From Cupriavidus necator (GTDB lineage Bacteria; Pseudomonadota; Gammaproteobacteria; Burkholderiales; Burkholderiaceae), in NCBI RefSeq assembly GCF_016127575.1, contig NZ_CP066019.1, positions 1,980,001 to 2,012,000 on the forward strand: DNA of 32,000 bases, written 5' to 3'. This document shows, piece by piece, positions 31,275 through 32,000 of this stretch (positions are counted from its first letter, which is position 1; every line of letters starts with the position of its first letter). A program made the position numbers and the translations under genes. The notes under the pieces are model-generated. The model did no database searches. It was not told the DNA's origin and saw nothing but the letters and a program-made list of their open reading frames with translations.

Positions 31275-32000
31275 TCAGGCGGCCTCGAGCGCAGTGTGCA
31301 CTTCCAGCGGATAGATCGGGCGGCGCAGGTTGCGGAACGGGAACTGGCTGTAGTCAGAGCTGCAGACTCCGGGGCCGGCCACCAGCACGATCTCGCTGGC
31401 GATCGGCTCGAACCCTGCGCGGAAGTGCTGGCGCGACTTGATCAGGATGTACCTGCGGCGCGACAGGTCGATGCCCGCATGCGTGAACACGCCGGTATCG
31501 AACGGCTCCTGCGGCTTCTCGCAGATCACGACCAGCGTGCCGGCGACATCCAGCACCACGGTGCGGCCCAGGCTCAGCTTCATGCCTGTGAACATCGGGC
31601 CGGTGACCTGGTAGTTGCCGTCGGTAATGCACTGCACCCGGCCGCTCAGCCGCAGCGGACGGCCCTTCAGGTCCAGCGCGGGCATGTCGGTCTTGCCGCC
31701 CACATCCAGTGTGACGGACTGCCCGACGCCGGCGGCAATCAGTTCCGCCACCGCGCCCGGGTCCCAGAACGGCCCGGCGACCACGCCTTCGAGCCCCTGG
31801 CGCAGGACTTCGCCCAGCACCGTCATTTCATCCGTCGGCCCGCCAGCGCCGCAGTTATCGCCATGGTCGACCAGCACGACCGGGCCCTGCGTGAGCGTCT
31901 TGGCGCGCGCGATGGATTCCTCCATCGGCTCGATCGGAAAAACAAAATCAGCCCGGCGTTCCCACGCCATGCCGCAGAGCTCGTCGAGCAGGCGCCGCCC
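31275..32000 (-). CDS. MlrC-like (M81 peptidase family) protein, C-terminal part (5' end outside window)
   Basis: The frame stays open to the window edge (…GRRLLDELCG-MAWERR…). 'VLVDHGDNCGAGGPTDEMTVL' and the overall C-terminal region resemble the MlrC C-terminal domain as I recall it. The gene is 33 nt upstream of the Bug gene. Confidence 0.7.
   Translation of the reverse strand, partial: GRRLLDELCGMAWERRADFVFPIEPMEESIARAKTLTQGPVVLVDHGDNCGAGGPTDEMTVLGEVLRQGLEGVVAGPFWDPGAVAELIAAGVGQSVTLDVGGKTDMPALDLKGRPLRLSGRVQCITDGNYQVTGPMFTGMKLSLGRTVVLDVAGTLVVICEKPQEPFDTGVFTHAGIDLSRRRYILIKSRQHFRAGFEPIASEIVLVAGPGVCSSDYSQFPFRNLRRPIYPLEVHTALEAA

Noticed and set aside
1-32000. CRISPR arrays, IS elements or transposases, integrases, prophage genes, toxin-antitoxin pairs or known defence-system genes.
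   Set aside because: I saw no regularly spaced direct repeats and no ORF with DDE, tyrosine or serine recombinase, nuclease-helicase or defence-type motifs. All sizeable ORFs are explained by metabolic, transport or regulatory families.

Overview
High-GC (about 65-70% in the lines I hand-counted) accessory catabolic region. It looks betaproteobacterial, Cupriavidus/Ralstonia-like; this is inferred from strong GC3 codon bias and the density of Bug/TctC paralogs, not proven. I support about 31 protein-coding genes plus one gene remnant. I recognised no rRNA, tRNA, CRISPR array, transposase, integrase or phage/defence gene. Layout: (i) 1-3173 (+): FMN L-2-hydroxyacid dehydrogenase (partial), RraA-like class II aldolase, NAD D-2-hydroxyacid dehydrogenase and a Bug binding protein, linked by ATGA start/stop overlaps. 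(ii) 3177-6173: a decayed Bug remnant, two intact Bug genes and a weak small ORF. (iii) 5178-7927 (+): Bug, DUF1446 (AtuA-like) and a small AtuA-C-terminal-like protein. (iv) 7945-9998 (-): IclR regulator and acyl-CoA dehydrogenase, divergent from (v) across an AT-rich region that carries a perfect 21-bp palindrome. (v) 10226-18619 (+): GlcD-like FAD oxidase, PotD/A/BC-type ABC importer with a fused permease, DHDPS-fold lyase, FMN L-2-hydroxyacid dehydrogenase and an IclR regulator. (vi) 18648-28637 (-): a 10-kb co-directional string of crotonase, split B12 acyl-CoA mutase, type III CoA-transferase, MeaB, a small unknown ORF, an orphan LivJ-type binding protein, a 2OG/Fe(II) oxygenase, an aldehyde dehydrogenase and an SDR, with a divergent IclR at 28816-29574. 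(vii) 29588-32000: a UDG-superfamily protein, a Bug gene and a partial MlrC-like gene. The best candidate for something undescribed is (vi). Its mutase keeps the carboxylate-binding Tyr/Arg of methylmalonyl-CoA mutase but differs at other positions that I remember as conserved in the active site. It sits in a module that functionally mirrors the E. coli scpA-argK-scpB-scpC operon, fused to a hydroxylase/alcohol-DH/aldehyde-DH front end. All homology calls come from motif recognition by eye, with no database search.
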